DNA from: a virus
Strand: one strand, 5' to 3'
DNA length: 49,426 nt
Virus record (IMG/VR): IMGVR_UViG_3300035698_008779
Location: 1 to 49,426 of that record
Shown here: positions 35,848 to 44,020 of the stretch, piece after piece
How positions within the stretch are numbered: the first letter of the stretch is position 1
How the letters are laid out: each line of letters opens with the position of its first letter
Program-made: the position numbers and the translations under genes
Notes under the pieces: model-generated
Seen by the model: the letters and a program-made list of their open reading frames with translations, nothing else
Told to the model about the DNA's origin: nothing
Databases searched by the model: none

Positions 35848-36183
35848 ACCTCCAGAATATCCAATCCCCAAGGGTAGCAATATCCATGCCAAGAATACCT
35901 GAGTAAAATACACAAAGTACACCTCCCAAGCTGGGAAGATCCACCAAGGGAAAAACACCACAATACTATAGAGGAAAGGCATAGAATCCCGTGAGTGGGC
36001 TGTGAAGGGGTCGCCAAGGCGTCAAGGGGAGAAAGTGGACAAAGTATCCAACTATGCCCCACATCGTCGCGTGGTGGGCACATGGGGACGTATGCGCCAA
36101 TATGCCACCAAATATGTCTAATAAAGATGAAGGTGTGCCAATATGACCCGATTCACCCCCAAATACCTCCAGAGGAGGGCATA

Positions 36184-36510
36184 ATGGGCCAATTTGAATC
36201 CCTATATAGCAAAACCCGCATAGTTAAATCGTTACCCTGTAAGGAGTTACGTACTTGGCACACTCTATGCAATATATTAGACGTTCCCCATTGGGGGCTG
36301 GCCGAAAGGCATCTAAAAGGAGAAATACTTCTCATGACCGAAATAGAAAAGGCAACTCAACTTCTTGAACCACTTTATAAAGAAGTGGAGCAGATCACCG
36401 GGAAACGTCGGGAAGTCTGCATGCATGAACTGGAAAGACTGCTTGATGCGATGCAGATATCAAACGATGACCTTGGGGCCGAATTGTACTATCAAGACCT
36501 TTATACCTAA
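36184..36510 (+). CDS. First early-arm protein (108 aa; alternative internal start at 36334)
   Basis: GAGGAGGG 5 nt upstream of the ATG at 36184. The 36334 ATG has AAGGAG, but at 11 nt. Confidence 0.45.
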   Translation: MGQFESLYSKTRIVKSLPCKELRTWHTLCNILDVPHWGLAERHLKGEILLMTEIEKATQLLEPLYKEVEQITGKRREVCMHELERLLDAMQISNDDLGAELYYQDLYT

Positions 36511-36565
36511 CTGCCTGACGAGCCGGTGAAATCCCGGCGAAACGCTACGGCGTCGCAGTAGTTCT

Positions 36566-36594
36566 TTGACATATGTTTCCTTGCATCGTAGACC
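36566..36594 (+). promoter_or_regulatory. Candidate sigma70-type promoter TTGACA-N17-TAGACC
   Basis: Intergenic, about 95 nt upstream of the 36688 start. A similar motif occurs at 41790 and, more weakly, at 36255. Confidence 0.35.
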
Positions 36595-36687
36595 GTCGGT
36601 GATAGGGAATTGCTATACGTAGTAGCGCCGGTAGGTAGTCTCATACCTAACGGGCAAAAATCGTTCTAACACATAGGAGTTTTAAAG

Positions 36688-37020
36688 ATGAACAGCGAAA
36701 CCTTGACAGCGTTAGTAGTAGAAGCGGAGAAAACAACCATTGACATAATGAGTGGTCCTTTCAAGGGGTCAACCATTGTATACGATGCGACTAACGGCGA
36801 ACAACTGCTCCCGAAAGGCGAGACTCGAGACTACTTGTACCGCATCACCGATGGCGTAGGACGCTCAACGTACAGCGACAAGGCGCGATGGGACGGGGAC
36901 AAGGTACTCGATTTGGTCGTGTACCAGTATCCCGATGCAGAAGAGCTTAAGAAACGCAAAGCCTTAGAAGCAATGGCGAAAGCGAAAGCTACAATGCGTG
37001 AATTGGGAATAGAATTCTAA
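36688..37020 (+). CDS. Hypothetical early protein, 110 aa
   Basis: AGGAG 9 nt upstream. Clean ORF. Confidence 0.65.
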   Translation: MNSETLTALVVEAEKTTIDIMSGPFKGSTIVYDATNGEQLLPKGETRDYLYRITDGVGRSTYSDKARWDGDKVLDLVVYQYPDAEELKKRKALEAMAKAKATMRELGIEF

Positions 37021-37259
37021 TGCAACGCCCTAACGTAGTAACGCACGACGGCTACAAAATTGCGCTCTCCCGGGTTATCCGTAAAGGTGGCGAATACGCA
37101 CCTACAGCGCAGAAACTACTTACTCGCCATAATGTATTGAGTAACCAAGTTGAGCGTTCCGCGTACAATATCGACGCGGATACGTACCTTGAGAAGCTCG
37201 CGAGATTCGAGGCGAAAATGGACACAGTAGTCCCCGCGTTAGAAGTACTTAGCGCATAA
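37020..37259 (+). CDS. Hypothetical early protein, 79 aa
   Basis: TAATG coupling. Followed by a strong terminator. Confidence 0.6.
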   Translation: MQRPNVVTHDGYKIALSRVIRKGGEYAPTAQKLLTRHNVLSNQVERSAYNIDADTYLEKLARFEAKMDTVVPALEVLSA

Positions 37260-37266
37260 GACGCAA

Positions 37267-37304
37267 GGGTAAGGAGGGTAAAACCTCCTTACCCTGTTCT
37301 TTTC
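37267..37304 (+). terminator. Rho-independent terminator
   Basis: Perfect 11-bp stem GGGTAAGGAGG / CCTCCTTACCC, 6-nt loop, then TGTTCTTTT. Confidence 0.8.
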
Positions 37305-37331
37305 AAAGCATAGAAAACCCGAGACTTTCCC

Positions 37332-37407
37332 CATACTCAGCCGCGCTTGCGTGGCTTTTAATATATATCCCGTCCCGTGACCCAGAATCTCGCATACTCA
37401 GCCGCGC
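37332..37407 (+). repeat. Two 15-bp direct repeats CATACTCAGCCGCGC (37332..37346, 37393..37407) in an intergenic region
   Basis: Exact duplicates 61 bp apart. The first overlaps a second hairpin (37339..37356) that is followed by TTTT. Confidence 0.85.
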
Positions 37408-37492
37408 AATGGGGACGGGGTGGTGGGTGACCACACCCGCCGTAGGGCACGGATAGGTGGGTGAGGTGGGCAAGGCACAAGGAGCTAATAGC

Positions 37493-37840
37493 ATGAAAGT
37501 AGTAATCAACACCTGTTGGGGTGGATTTAGTCTATCAGAAGCTGCGATGAAAGAAGTCGCAAAGCGGAAAGGCATCGTATTGCATGAGGTAATAGAGAAG
37601 GAGTCCTACGGGGAAGTCTCGCACTTCGAAACCCCCGAGGGGGAGTACTACTCGGAGTATGCCTTAGAGGGGTCACGCAATGACCCGGATCTCGTAGCAG
37701 TTGTGGAGGAAATGGGGCAGGCCGCGAATGGAGGCAACTCGAAGCTGAATGTAGTAGAAGTCCCGGATGACGTCAAGTGGTATATACATGACTACGACGG
37801 GATGGAAGACGTGCAAGAAGAACATAGGTCATGGGGATGA
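37493..37840 (+). CDS. Conserved-looking phage protein (115 aa) with N-terminal MKVVINTCWGGFSLS motif
   Basis: AAGGAG 7 nt upstream of the ATG at 37493. I recall seeing the INxC(Y/W)GGFxLS motif in other phage ORFs, but did not verify this. Confidence 0.6.
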   Translation: MKVVINTCWGGFSLSEAAMKEVAKRKGIVLHEVIEKESYGEVSHFETPEGEYYSEYALEGSRNDPDLVAVVEEMGQAANGGNSKLNVVEVPDDVKWYIHDYDGMEDVQEEHRSWG

Positions 37841-37853
37841 AGGAGGCAATGGG

Positions 37854-38066
37854 ATGAAAATCTACGAACTAACGAGGTTTGAAACTGTGGAAACAGTATA
37901 CACCCAGACAGTAGTCATCTCCGCGGAGAGCCCGAAAGATGCGATTGCCAAAGCAATGAAAGGCAAAGGAGACGTGACATACGCGGATCTCGCGTATACC
38001 GATAGCAGCATGGAAGACTGTACCTTCGAAGTAGACCCCGATTCGGTAGAGGAGGTCACCGGATGA
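37854..38066 (+). CDS. Hypothetical protein, 70 aa
   Basis: AAGGAGG 7 nt upstream of the ATG at 37854. Confidence 0.6.
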   Translation: MKIYELTRFETVETVYTQTVVISAESPKDAIAKAMKGKGDVTYADLAYTDSSMEDCTFEVDPDSVEEVTG

Positions 38067-38164
38067 GTAGGTTAAAAATAACCCCCCGTGATGTCCTTAA
38101 AGCCCTCGCCATGGGGGTGATTGGGTTCGCAGTACTGATGATTGTATGGTGGGGGGCAGCGTAA
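38063..38164 (+). CDS. Mini membrane protein, 33 aa (below the ORF-track cutoff)
   Basis: ATGA overlap, GGAGG 7 nt upstream, TM segment ALAMGVIGFAVLMIVWWGAA. Confidence 0.45.
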   Translation: MSRLKITPRDVLKALAMGVIGFAVLMIVWWGAA

Positions 38165-38199
38165 GGGATGAGGAGATTAAATACCACAAGGAGCAATGT

Positions 38200-38400
38200 A
38201 TGATCGCAACAACCGGCTATACCACCAAAGCCGCACTCAAAGCCGCCATTGGTACTATGCTGCACTTCGCAGAGACATCGATATTCGGCCCGGAGTACCA
38301 GAGTACTGGGCATTTCAACGTTGTGGGGCCTGATGCGCATAACCGGAAGTGGTATGCAACAGTCACCATGCAAGATGATATTATTACAGGAGTAGAGTAA
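38200..38400 (+). CDS. Hypothetical protein, 66 aa
   Basis: AAGGAG 6 nt upstream of the ATG at 38200. Confidence 0.6.
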   Translation: MIATTGYTTKAALKAAIGTMLHFAETSIFGPEYQSTGHFNVVGPDAHNRKWYATVTMQDDIITGVE

Positions 38401-38925
38401 ATGGAAAATGTAAAAGAACTGCTTAAAGAAGAAATTTACTACGAGACAAAATCCTATTACATCGAAATTAGCACCATACATAATGATTTTTTCAACCTAT
38501 ACCGTATTCCTCCCGGAGCAGAGGGCGGAATTTTAATCAATGCTCTCACCCATTGGCCCTTTTCACACATAAACCTCCCGAGGTTTCCTCGTAAGCAACC
38601 ATTAAGAGCGCATCTCGCGAAGTACTTAAAGGACATGAATGGCGATTATTGCCTTGGTCGAATTTGGATAGCAGACAATCTCCTTGACGGTGAGAAGTTC
38701 TTCCTAAACGGGATACCAGAAAAGGAAAACCCCCTGTTCACCAAATACCGTAAAGTACGAAGTGCAAAGGAGTGGTACGAGAAGGTAACAATTGCCGCAG
38801 AGAACACCTACGAAGCGAGTAACATTTTACACAACGGAGGGGGGACTGTAATAGAGGCCTCAATGAGCACTTATCCAGTAACATTTACCGAAACCACTAA
38901 AGTAGCCTTCGAAGGGAAGATGTAA
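38401..38925 (+). CDS. Hypothetical protein, 174 aa
   Basis: Start is adjacent to the upstream stop. Clean ORF. Confidence 0.6.
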   Translation: MENVKELLKEEIYYETKSYYIEISTIHNDFFNLYRIPPGAEGGILINALTHWPFSHINLPRFPRKQPLRAHLAKYLKDMNGDYCLGRIWIADNLLDGEKFFLNGIPEKENPLFTKYRKVRSAKEWYEKVTIAAENTYEASNILHNGGGTVIEASMSTYPVTFTETTKVAFEGKM

Positions 38926-39296
38926 TGGTGTACCTTGATAAGGTACTAGAACGCATCAAAGCAGAGCCGGGTGGTACACTCAACACCGAGAGCTTCTATG
39001 ACCACAGCAGAAAAACCGGCTACTTCGTAGCACTGAGAGAATACACCTTCACGGTGCCTAAGTGGACCCTGTACCAGAAGCCCATGCCCATGATTGTAAA
39101 AAATATAATCTGGGCGATTGTATTACAAAAAGTAGCCAATACCTACTTCGGTTGGTGGTGGCAAGGAAATGCTGACACTGTAGAGTTAAATCTCACCAAA
39201 TGGATAAAGGACGAACCCATGGCGAGAGAATACGCTACGCAGAGCGAACAGATCAGCATCTGGGACATACAAGGTAACAAGGAGTTAATAGTATGA
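38925..39296 (+). CDS. Hypothetical protein, 123 aa
   Basis: TAATG coupling. Confidence 0.6.
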   Translation: MVYLDKVLERIKAEPGGTLNTESFYDHSRKTGYFVALREYTFTVPKWTLYQKPMPMIVKNIIWAIVLQKVANTYFGWWWQGNADTVELNLTKWIKDEPMAREYATQSEQISIWDIQGNKELIV

Positions 39297-39526
39297 AGTT
39301 TCGAGTAGTAGAAGTCACCTATGCGAGTGGGACTGTGTGTTGGCAGATACAGAAAAAGCCTCGTTTCATCCCAATTTGGGTTAATCTCGTAGACGATTAT
39401 GATAATTTGCTAATATACGAAACCAAAGCCCGCGCATGTAAGCGGGTTAAGAACGAAGAGTATCGAAAAGCCTGCGTGAAAAGGGTCTCATCCAGAATTG
39501 TATCATGTGAAGAGGAGAAAATATGA
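39293..39526 (+). CDS. Hypothetical protein, 77 aa
   Basis: ATGA coupling. Confidence 0.6.
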   Translation: MKFRVVEVTYASGTVCWQIQKKPRFIPIWVNLVDDYDNLLIYETKARACKRVKNEEYRKACVKRVSSRIVSCEEEKI

Positions 39527-39705
39527 AGTACACAGTAAAGGTCACCTACGAAAAAGGCGCAACAAAGGGCGAGTGGTCACGGGAGTTCGATAACGAACAC
39601 CAAGCAAAGGACTACGCCGAGATGATCCGCGAGGTCTCCACCATGGCACAAGGTGCGGATGTAATAGAGTGCGAGATAACAAGCGACGACACAGAGGAGT
39701 GGTAG
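39523..39705 (+). CDS. Hypothetical protein, 60 aa
   Basis: ATGA coupling. Confidence 0.55.
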   Translation: MKYTVKVTYEKGATKGEWSREFDNEHQAKDYAEMIREVSTMAQGADVIECEITSDDTEEW

Positions 39706-39709
39706 AGGT

Positions 39710-40240
39710 ATGAAGCAGCAGAGGTATGAAGAGGCATTGCAGGACATCATGAGTATTGCGAAGAGGTATGCAGAGGGCTTCAATGTGTGCTATGAGCCGG
39801 AGATTGGATACAAGTTGATTATAAACCATATCGAAGATTTAAAGATTAGTGAGTGCCCCGAAGCACCGGTTCCCCCACCCTCCGTAATGGGCTTCAAGCT
39901 GTTCCGGAGGGAGAGGGGTACCAATAACCTCCTCTCCCTTGGCCTCGCGAACCCGAATATTGTGACCTACAACCAACTTTCACCTACGGAGTTCCCGAGT
40001 GACACCCCCGCGACGTTCTTTACCTCAAAGGAGAATGGACTCGAGTTGTTGAATACCTGTATCTATGCAGGAAGCAACCGAGAAGTCTTCGTTATGCACC
40101 GCATTAAAGCAACCGGGGTAGTACCGGAGTGGAATGGCAAACCGAAAGGCTTCCCGTTTGCGAAGGGCACGAAGTTCGCCACCAGCATCAGCATTGAGAA
40201 AGAAATCCCCCTACAGGTGACCTACAGTGTCAGTAAATAA
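39710..40240 (+). CDS. Hypothetical protein, 176 aa
   Basis: Clean ORF, 4 nt after the upstream stop. Confidence 0.6.
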   Translation: MKQQRYEEALQDIMSIAKRYAEGFNVCYEPEIGYKLIINHIEDLKISECPEAPVPPPSVMGFKLFRRERGTNNLLSLGLANPNIVTYNQLSPTEFPSDTPATFFTSKENGLELLNTCIYAGSNREVFVMHRIKATGVVPEWNGKPKGFPFAKGTKFATSISIEKEIPLQVTYSVSK

Positions 40241-40532
40241 TGATCTCCAAAACGGATTCCTCGAGAACCTTCGAGAGGCCCTCGGGGTCTCCGGGAGTTT
40301 GGTGGATGCAATAGACTGGAAGCGGCTCCAATCCCCAGCCATGGGGCTCATTAGGGCATTGTATTACAAAGTAGATATCCTTGAACACATGGACCTCGTA
40401 TTGGCAGAGAGCGGTGCAGAGGTGCTGCAGGGGCAAGTGAATGAGGCAGAGGAGGAGATCACACGCCTCAAGGACAAAGTGCAATACCTAGCCGAGGCAC
40501 TCGCATGGGAACGAAGTAAGGAGGAAGACTGA
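40227..40532 (+). CDS. Hypothetical coiled-coil protein, 101 aa (GTG start)
   Basis: Only in-frame start. Overlaps the upstream gene by 14 nt. Confidence 0.5.
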   Translation: MSVNNDLQNGFLENLREALGVSGSLVDAIDWKRLQSPAMGLIRALYYKVDILEHMDLVLAESGAEVLQGQVNEAEEEITRLKDKVQYLAEALAWERSKEED

Positions 40533-40928
40533 ATGGTTGATGTGAAAGACGAATTACACAAAGCAATAGAGAGCGCCGAGAAGCTACTTGATGTAGTGAA
40601 CATTCTCGAAGCCGTAGGGATTGATCGAGAGAGGCTTAGGAGCTCCGCCGTTGGGGGGTATTTATATATCTCCCTCCCAGACATCACGGAACTCGAACCG
40701 CTCCGGGAGAGACTACGAAGCTTGGATGAAGGCTGGAGGGATACCTTAGCCTCAATATGGCATGGAGGGGGGAATACCATGTGCGCCACATGGGAGAACC
40801 CAGACTTCCCGTGGGTTCACATATGGCTCACGTTCAACAGCGAAGCCCCACCAGAAGGGCTTCTTAAACCCGGATGTAGGATAGAAACCACAATTAGCGA
40901 GGGCAAAACCGTGGTGTGTGGCACATGA
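40533..40928 (+). CDS. Hypothetical protein, 131 aa
   Basis: ATG directly follows the upstream TGA. Confidence 0.6.
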   Translation: MVDVKDELHKAIESAEKLLDVVNILEAVGIDRERLRSSAVGGYLYISLPDITELEPLRERLRSLDEGWRDTLASIWHGGGNTMCATWENPDFPWVHIWLTFNSEAPPEGLLKPGCRIETTISEGKTVVCGT

Positions 40929-41089
40929 CAAAGGAAGAATTGAAAAACCTCAAGCAAGACGTAGATACCGTTGAAATCCGGATGTATTCACCGTTGGTGA
41001 TTAAGGAGCTGCTTGGCCATATAAAAACCCAAGAAGATGATATAAAGGATTTAAAAGATCTTCTCCTTAGGGCACAAGGCACCATATGA
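40925..41089 (+). CDS. Hypothetical protein, 54 aa (below the ORF-track cutoff)
   Basis: ATGA overlaps at both ends. MTKEELKNLKQDVDT...LLRAQGTI. Confidence 0.5.
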   Translation: MTKEELKNLKQDVDTVEIRMYSPLVIKELLGHIKTQEDDIKDLKDLLLRAQGTI

Positions 41090-41310
41090 TCCAACCTCTT
41101 ATGCACACATATGCAACCCTCGGGGGTGTACCTGTCATAATCCAATGGCCGAGGGTAAGTGAAGCTGATGAAATTGATGACATAAGGGTCTCTATTGATG
41201 AAAACGCCGTAGCTAATATGATGGTAGGCCCGGACATCACCGCTTTTAACATCAACGAGCACACAACGGAGATATATGCCGCGGCAATGGCAGAGCATCG
41301 TAGGGGCTAA
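41086..41310 (+). CDS. Hypothetical protein, 74 aa
   Basis: ATGA coupling. Confidence 0.55.
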   Translation: MIQPLMHTYATLGGVPVIIQWPRVSEADEIDDIRVSIDENAVANMMVGPDITAFNINEHTTEIYAAAMAEHRRG

Positions 41311-41500
41311 GGAGGACACGAGGTACCAATGGAGGTTAAGGTGTAGGGTATGTGGCTTCTCATGGGTCACCCCAGAAGGTGTGACCCTAAGTGCGCTTAC
41401 TACTACCCTTGAAACACAGTCCTTCGCCCCATGCGGGTGCATGGGGAAGGGCGGATTGAGATACATATTAGACATACAGGAGATAATAGAGTGTACATAA
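41276..41500 (+). CDS. Small zinc-ribbon-like protein, 74 aa
   Basis: CRVCG...CGC cysteine pairs. Overlaps the upstream gene by 35 nt. Confidence 0.45.
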   Translation: MPRQWQSIVGAKEDTRYQWRLRCRVCGFSWVTPEGVTLSALTTTLETQSFAPCGCMGKGGLRYILDIQEIIECT

Positions 41501-41775
41501 ACGTGGATGTAGACGAAATGGACATAGAGGACTTATATAACGAAATGCGCGAAGACGATATAAGGGAGTTCCTAGCGAGAGCGAAAGCCGATGGGATTAG
41601 GGTGCCTAGTACGGCGGACTCAGATATACGCATCATAACGGAGTCCTTACAGGATATCCCTATGTTCGCTGTAACGAGCCTTGTGGGGATATGTAAGAAA
41701 ATGGAGAAAACAGAGGTAGGATACCTCCAAACCATGATGGATGTCATGAAGGTCATGGTAGGTGTTGCCCCATAA
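41491..41775 (+). CDS. Hypothetical acidic protein (GTG at 41491; ATG at 41518 also possible)
   Basis: Frame stays open from 41431. The chosen start minimises overlap with the upstream stop at 41500. Confidence 0.45.
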   Translation: MYINVDVDEMDIEDLYNEMREDDIREFLARAKADGIRVPSTADSDIRIITESLQDIPMFAVTSLVGICKKMEKTEVGYLQTMMDVMKVMVGVAP

Positions 41776-41789
41776 CCTTTCCATTTCGC

Positions 41790-41817
41790 TTGACACGGAA
41801 GAGATGTATGATATACC
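41790..41817 (+). promoter_or_regulatory. Candidate promoter TTGACA-N16-TATACC
   Basis: Lies in the 55-nt intergenic gap upstream of the 41831 gene. Confidence 0.35.
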
Positions 41818-41830
41818 CTAGGAGAACAAT

Positions 41831-42202
41831 ATGAATAACGACGACATGACCCTGAAACAAATGCACAAGTTGGCGGTGAGGAAGTGGAAGTTTATGGTAA
41901 AGCATGCGGGGGAATTTGGAAGCCCCGTCGATGCTATTACGGCATTATGTTTAGCCCATCCGGAGTACAGAGAACTGGTGGGTTGGGGCTCTTGTAGCTA
42001 CTGCTTTAGGTACGGCAATGTGTGTAATAATTGCCCCTTAGAGGAATATGATGAGTCTTGTACAAACTCCGACTCATTATATGGCAACTGGGCAGACGCC
42101 CTAACCACCCACACCGACTTCCCGTATGCGAAGTACATGCTAGCCCTCACGAAGGTCATCAAGGCCGAATACAAGTACCACGAGGCGACGAATGGGGAAT
42201 GA
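41831..42202 (+). CDS. Cys-rich protein, 123 aa
   Basis: GGAGAA SD. GWGSCSYCFRYGNVCNNCPLEEYDESC. Confidence 0.6.
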   Translation: MNNDDMTLKQMHKLAVRKWKFMVKHAGEFGSPVDAITALCLAHPEYRELVGWGSCSYCFRYGNVCNNCPLEEYDESCTNSDSLYGNWADALTTHTDFPYAKYMLALTKVIKAEYKYHEATNGE

Positions 42203-43154
42203 ACCGAAGAGAGAATCGTCGGCAGGTGGGCACTACTACGGCACGTACCGGGAGTGCCCGAGAAAGTGGTTCTTGCGGTATGTACTTGGGTATCAGCCGA
42301 CAAAGACCGCCAAGGCCCTGATATTCGGTGGCGTGATGCATGATGCGCTTGAGTTTTACTACATAGAATGCAACCGGGATGTGAAAAGTACTATAGAATT
42401 TTTCCTTAGAGCTATGAATGCTCGGCAAGAGGACTACTTCAAACCCGAGGACTACGAAGGGGATTTAGTTAAAGGTGTGAACCTCTTGAAGGTATGGCAC
42501 AACGTATGGTATGAATACGACCTCAAGCACTATGACCTCGTGAGCGTGGAGGAGCCCATGGAGTTGCGTCTCGGCCCGAATGAGGACTTTGTGTTCACAG
42601 TACGCACTGACCGTATCATGCGAGACCGCACGACGAAGGCGTATGTGATATTCGACACGAAGACCACCGGGTGGTCTATTGACGGAACGTATAAATCCGT
42701 TGATTGCCAAGACCAGATGACCTCGTATATATGGGCAGTGCAAAAGATCCACCCTGAGTGGAACGTGACGGTAGCCATTCCGGATATCATCTATAACCGA
42801 GGTAAGGTCCTGAAAGCTGAGCGCCCCGGGGAGATATACCGTGACCGGTATGCTATTGGGCAATTTGAGGCAGGTATGTATGGCACGATACTGGAAGGTA
42901 GCAGCAAAGTACAAGCATTGCTACAAGCAGGGGCTTCTACAGATCCCTCCATCCCCCAGTGGCCTGCCGAGGTGGTCTTCCCCCGAAACGGAGCCCAATG
43001 TGCCAAATTTGGATGCGACTACATCGACATATGCCGTACAAAGCAATGCGCGGAGAGGGTCCCGGTTGGGTTCCAGCGAGACGAATGGGTACGAGAAGGC
43101 CTCGAGGGGCTAAAGGGTATTAAATCATTGGAGGATTTGTATGGGAGTAATTAG
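42192..43154 (+). CDS. PD-(D/E)XK nuclease, Cas4/RecB-like exonuclease with Fe-S cysteines
   Basis: N-terminal YRECPRKWF cysteine, VIFDTKTT (D..K), QMTSYIW (QxxxY), C-terminal CAKFGCDYIDIC. Confidence 0.75.
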   Translation: MGNEPKRESSAGGHYYGTYRECPRKWFLRYVLGYQPTKTAKALIFGGVMHDALEFYYIECNRDVKSTIEFFLRAMNARQEDYFKPEDYEGDLVKGVNLLKVWHNVWYEYDLKHYDLVSVEEPMELRLGPNEDFVFTVRTDRIMRDRTTKAYVIFDTKTTGWSIDGTYKSVDCQDQMTSYIWAVQKIHPEWNVTVAIPDIIYNRGKVLKAERPGEIYRDRYAIGQFEAGMYGTILEGSSKVQALLQAGASTDPSIPQWPAEVVFPRNGAQCAKFGCDYIDICRTKQCAERVPVGFQRDEWVREGLEGLKGIKSLEDLYGSN

Positions 43155-43515
43155 CAGATTATATAAGAGAGTGTCTATCTTAGAAGAATGGAGGAATTAC
43201 TGTTATAAAGTACTTCCTGAACTACAAGCAGCAGGGAGCATGCTCAAAGCACAACGTGCTGGTGAATTACAAGGTAACGCAATACTTGCAATCCGATTGA
43301 AGGATTTGAGTAAACGCCTTGATAAGTACGAAGAAACCACAGCATGGCAAGACATGGTAGACTCCGAGCTTACTAGCCGAATATGGGGTGCAGACTGGAG
43401 GATTATACAAGTACAAACATGTTCAAAGCAGATTAAAATAGTACACGCAGGGGATAGTTGTCCGAAATGGATTAACTTCTCCGACCGACCGTGGAAAACA
43501 CAGGAGACAACATGA
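43141..43515 (+). CDS. Hypothetical protein, 124 aa (AT-richer block)
   Basis: GGAGGA 5 nt upstream. Confidence 0.6.
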   Translation: MGVISRLYKRVSILEEWRNYCYKVLPELQAAGSMLKAQRAGELQGNAILAIRLKDLSKRLDKYEETTAWQDMVDSELTSRIWGADWRIIQVQTCSKQIKIVHAGDSCPKWINFSDRPWKTQETT

Positions 43516-43748
43516 GTGCGAAAGTAGAAATAAAAAGAGTACCGCCAGAAGACGTTACAATCTTTGAAGACGGTTGTTTCTATAAAGGAACGGGGGGCCC
43601 AAATAGTTGTGTAGCAGTGTTCACTAGAGGCCACATGACATATCTCGCCGATGGATCGTTTTATTCTTCTGACGAAGAAGCCCATCGGTATGACACTTGG
43701 GAAAAACTCACAGCAGGTACAGTAATCACCCTTACGGTAGGGGAGTAG
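43512..43748 (+). CDS. Hypothetical protein, 78 aa
   Basis: ATGA coupling at 43512. Confidence 0.55.
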   Translation: MSAKVEIKRVPPEDVTIFEDGCFYKGTGGPNSCVAVFTRGHMTYLADGSFYSSDEEAHRYDTWEKLTAGTVITLTVGE

Positions 43749-43750
43749 TT

Positions 43751-44020
43751 ATGGCGAAAATGTCATACACAGAAGGCCGACCTGAATGTGTAGTGAAATT
43801 TCACCCCGGAAGCCTGTACCTACACCTAAATAAAGACCAAGTAGTTATGTGTTATAAACGGAGGTGTCTGGAAGGGAGCAACATTGTAAGAGAACAAGGG
43901 GTCTTCTTAGTCGATGTTGTAGACGGTACTGAGTACAACACACGGTCTCCGGAATCATGGATAGAGATGCCGATAGGAAGTGAAGTACTTCTTATTCAGA
44001 ACAGGGTTAACTCATGGTAA
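43751..44020 (+). CDS. Hypothetical protein, 89 aa
   Basis: GGGGAG upstream of the ATG at 43751. Confidence 0.55.
   Translation: MAKMSYTEGRPECVVKFHPGSLYLHLNKDQVVMCYKRRCLEGSNIVREQGVFLVDVVDGTEYNTRSPESWIEMPIGSEVLLIQNRVNSW

Larger units (their letters stand above)
35306..36183. promoter_or_regulatory. About 0.88-kb non-coding, repeat-dense divergent control region (candidate origin, packaging site/termini or switch region)
   Basis: No credible ORF or SD. At least ten short direct, inverted or tandem repeat families, plus an AT-rich tract at 35737..35790. Confidence 0.7.

Noticed and set aside
35429-36083. Overlapping minus-strand ORFs (96, 146, 88 and 67 aa) and the N-terminal part of plus ORF 35995..36510, all in the control region.
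   Set aside because: The translations are Cys/His/Trp/Leu/Ser/Pro-rich and mutually overlapping. They lack an SD and sit on simple repeats. The region is treated as non-coding, and only 36184..36510 is kept as a gene.
36521-36537. Second T-arm-like hairpin GCCGG-TGAAATC-CCGGC, considered as part of a tRNA.
   Set aside because: No complementary acceptor strand lies upstream (GCGTTTC would be needed near 36470), and there is no cloverleaf. Probably a simple post-gene hairpin.
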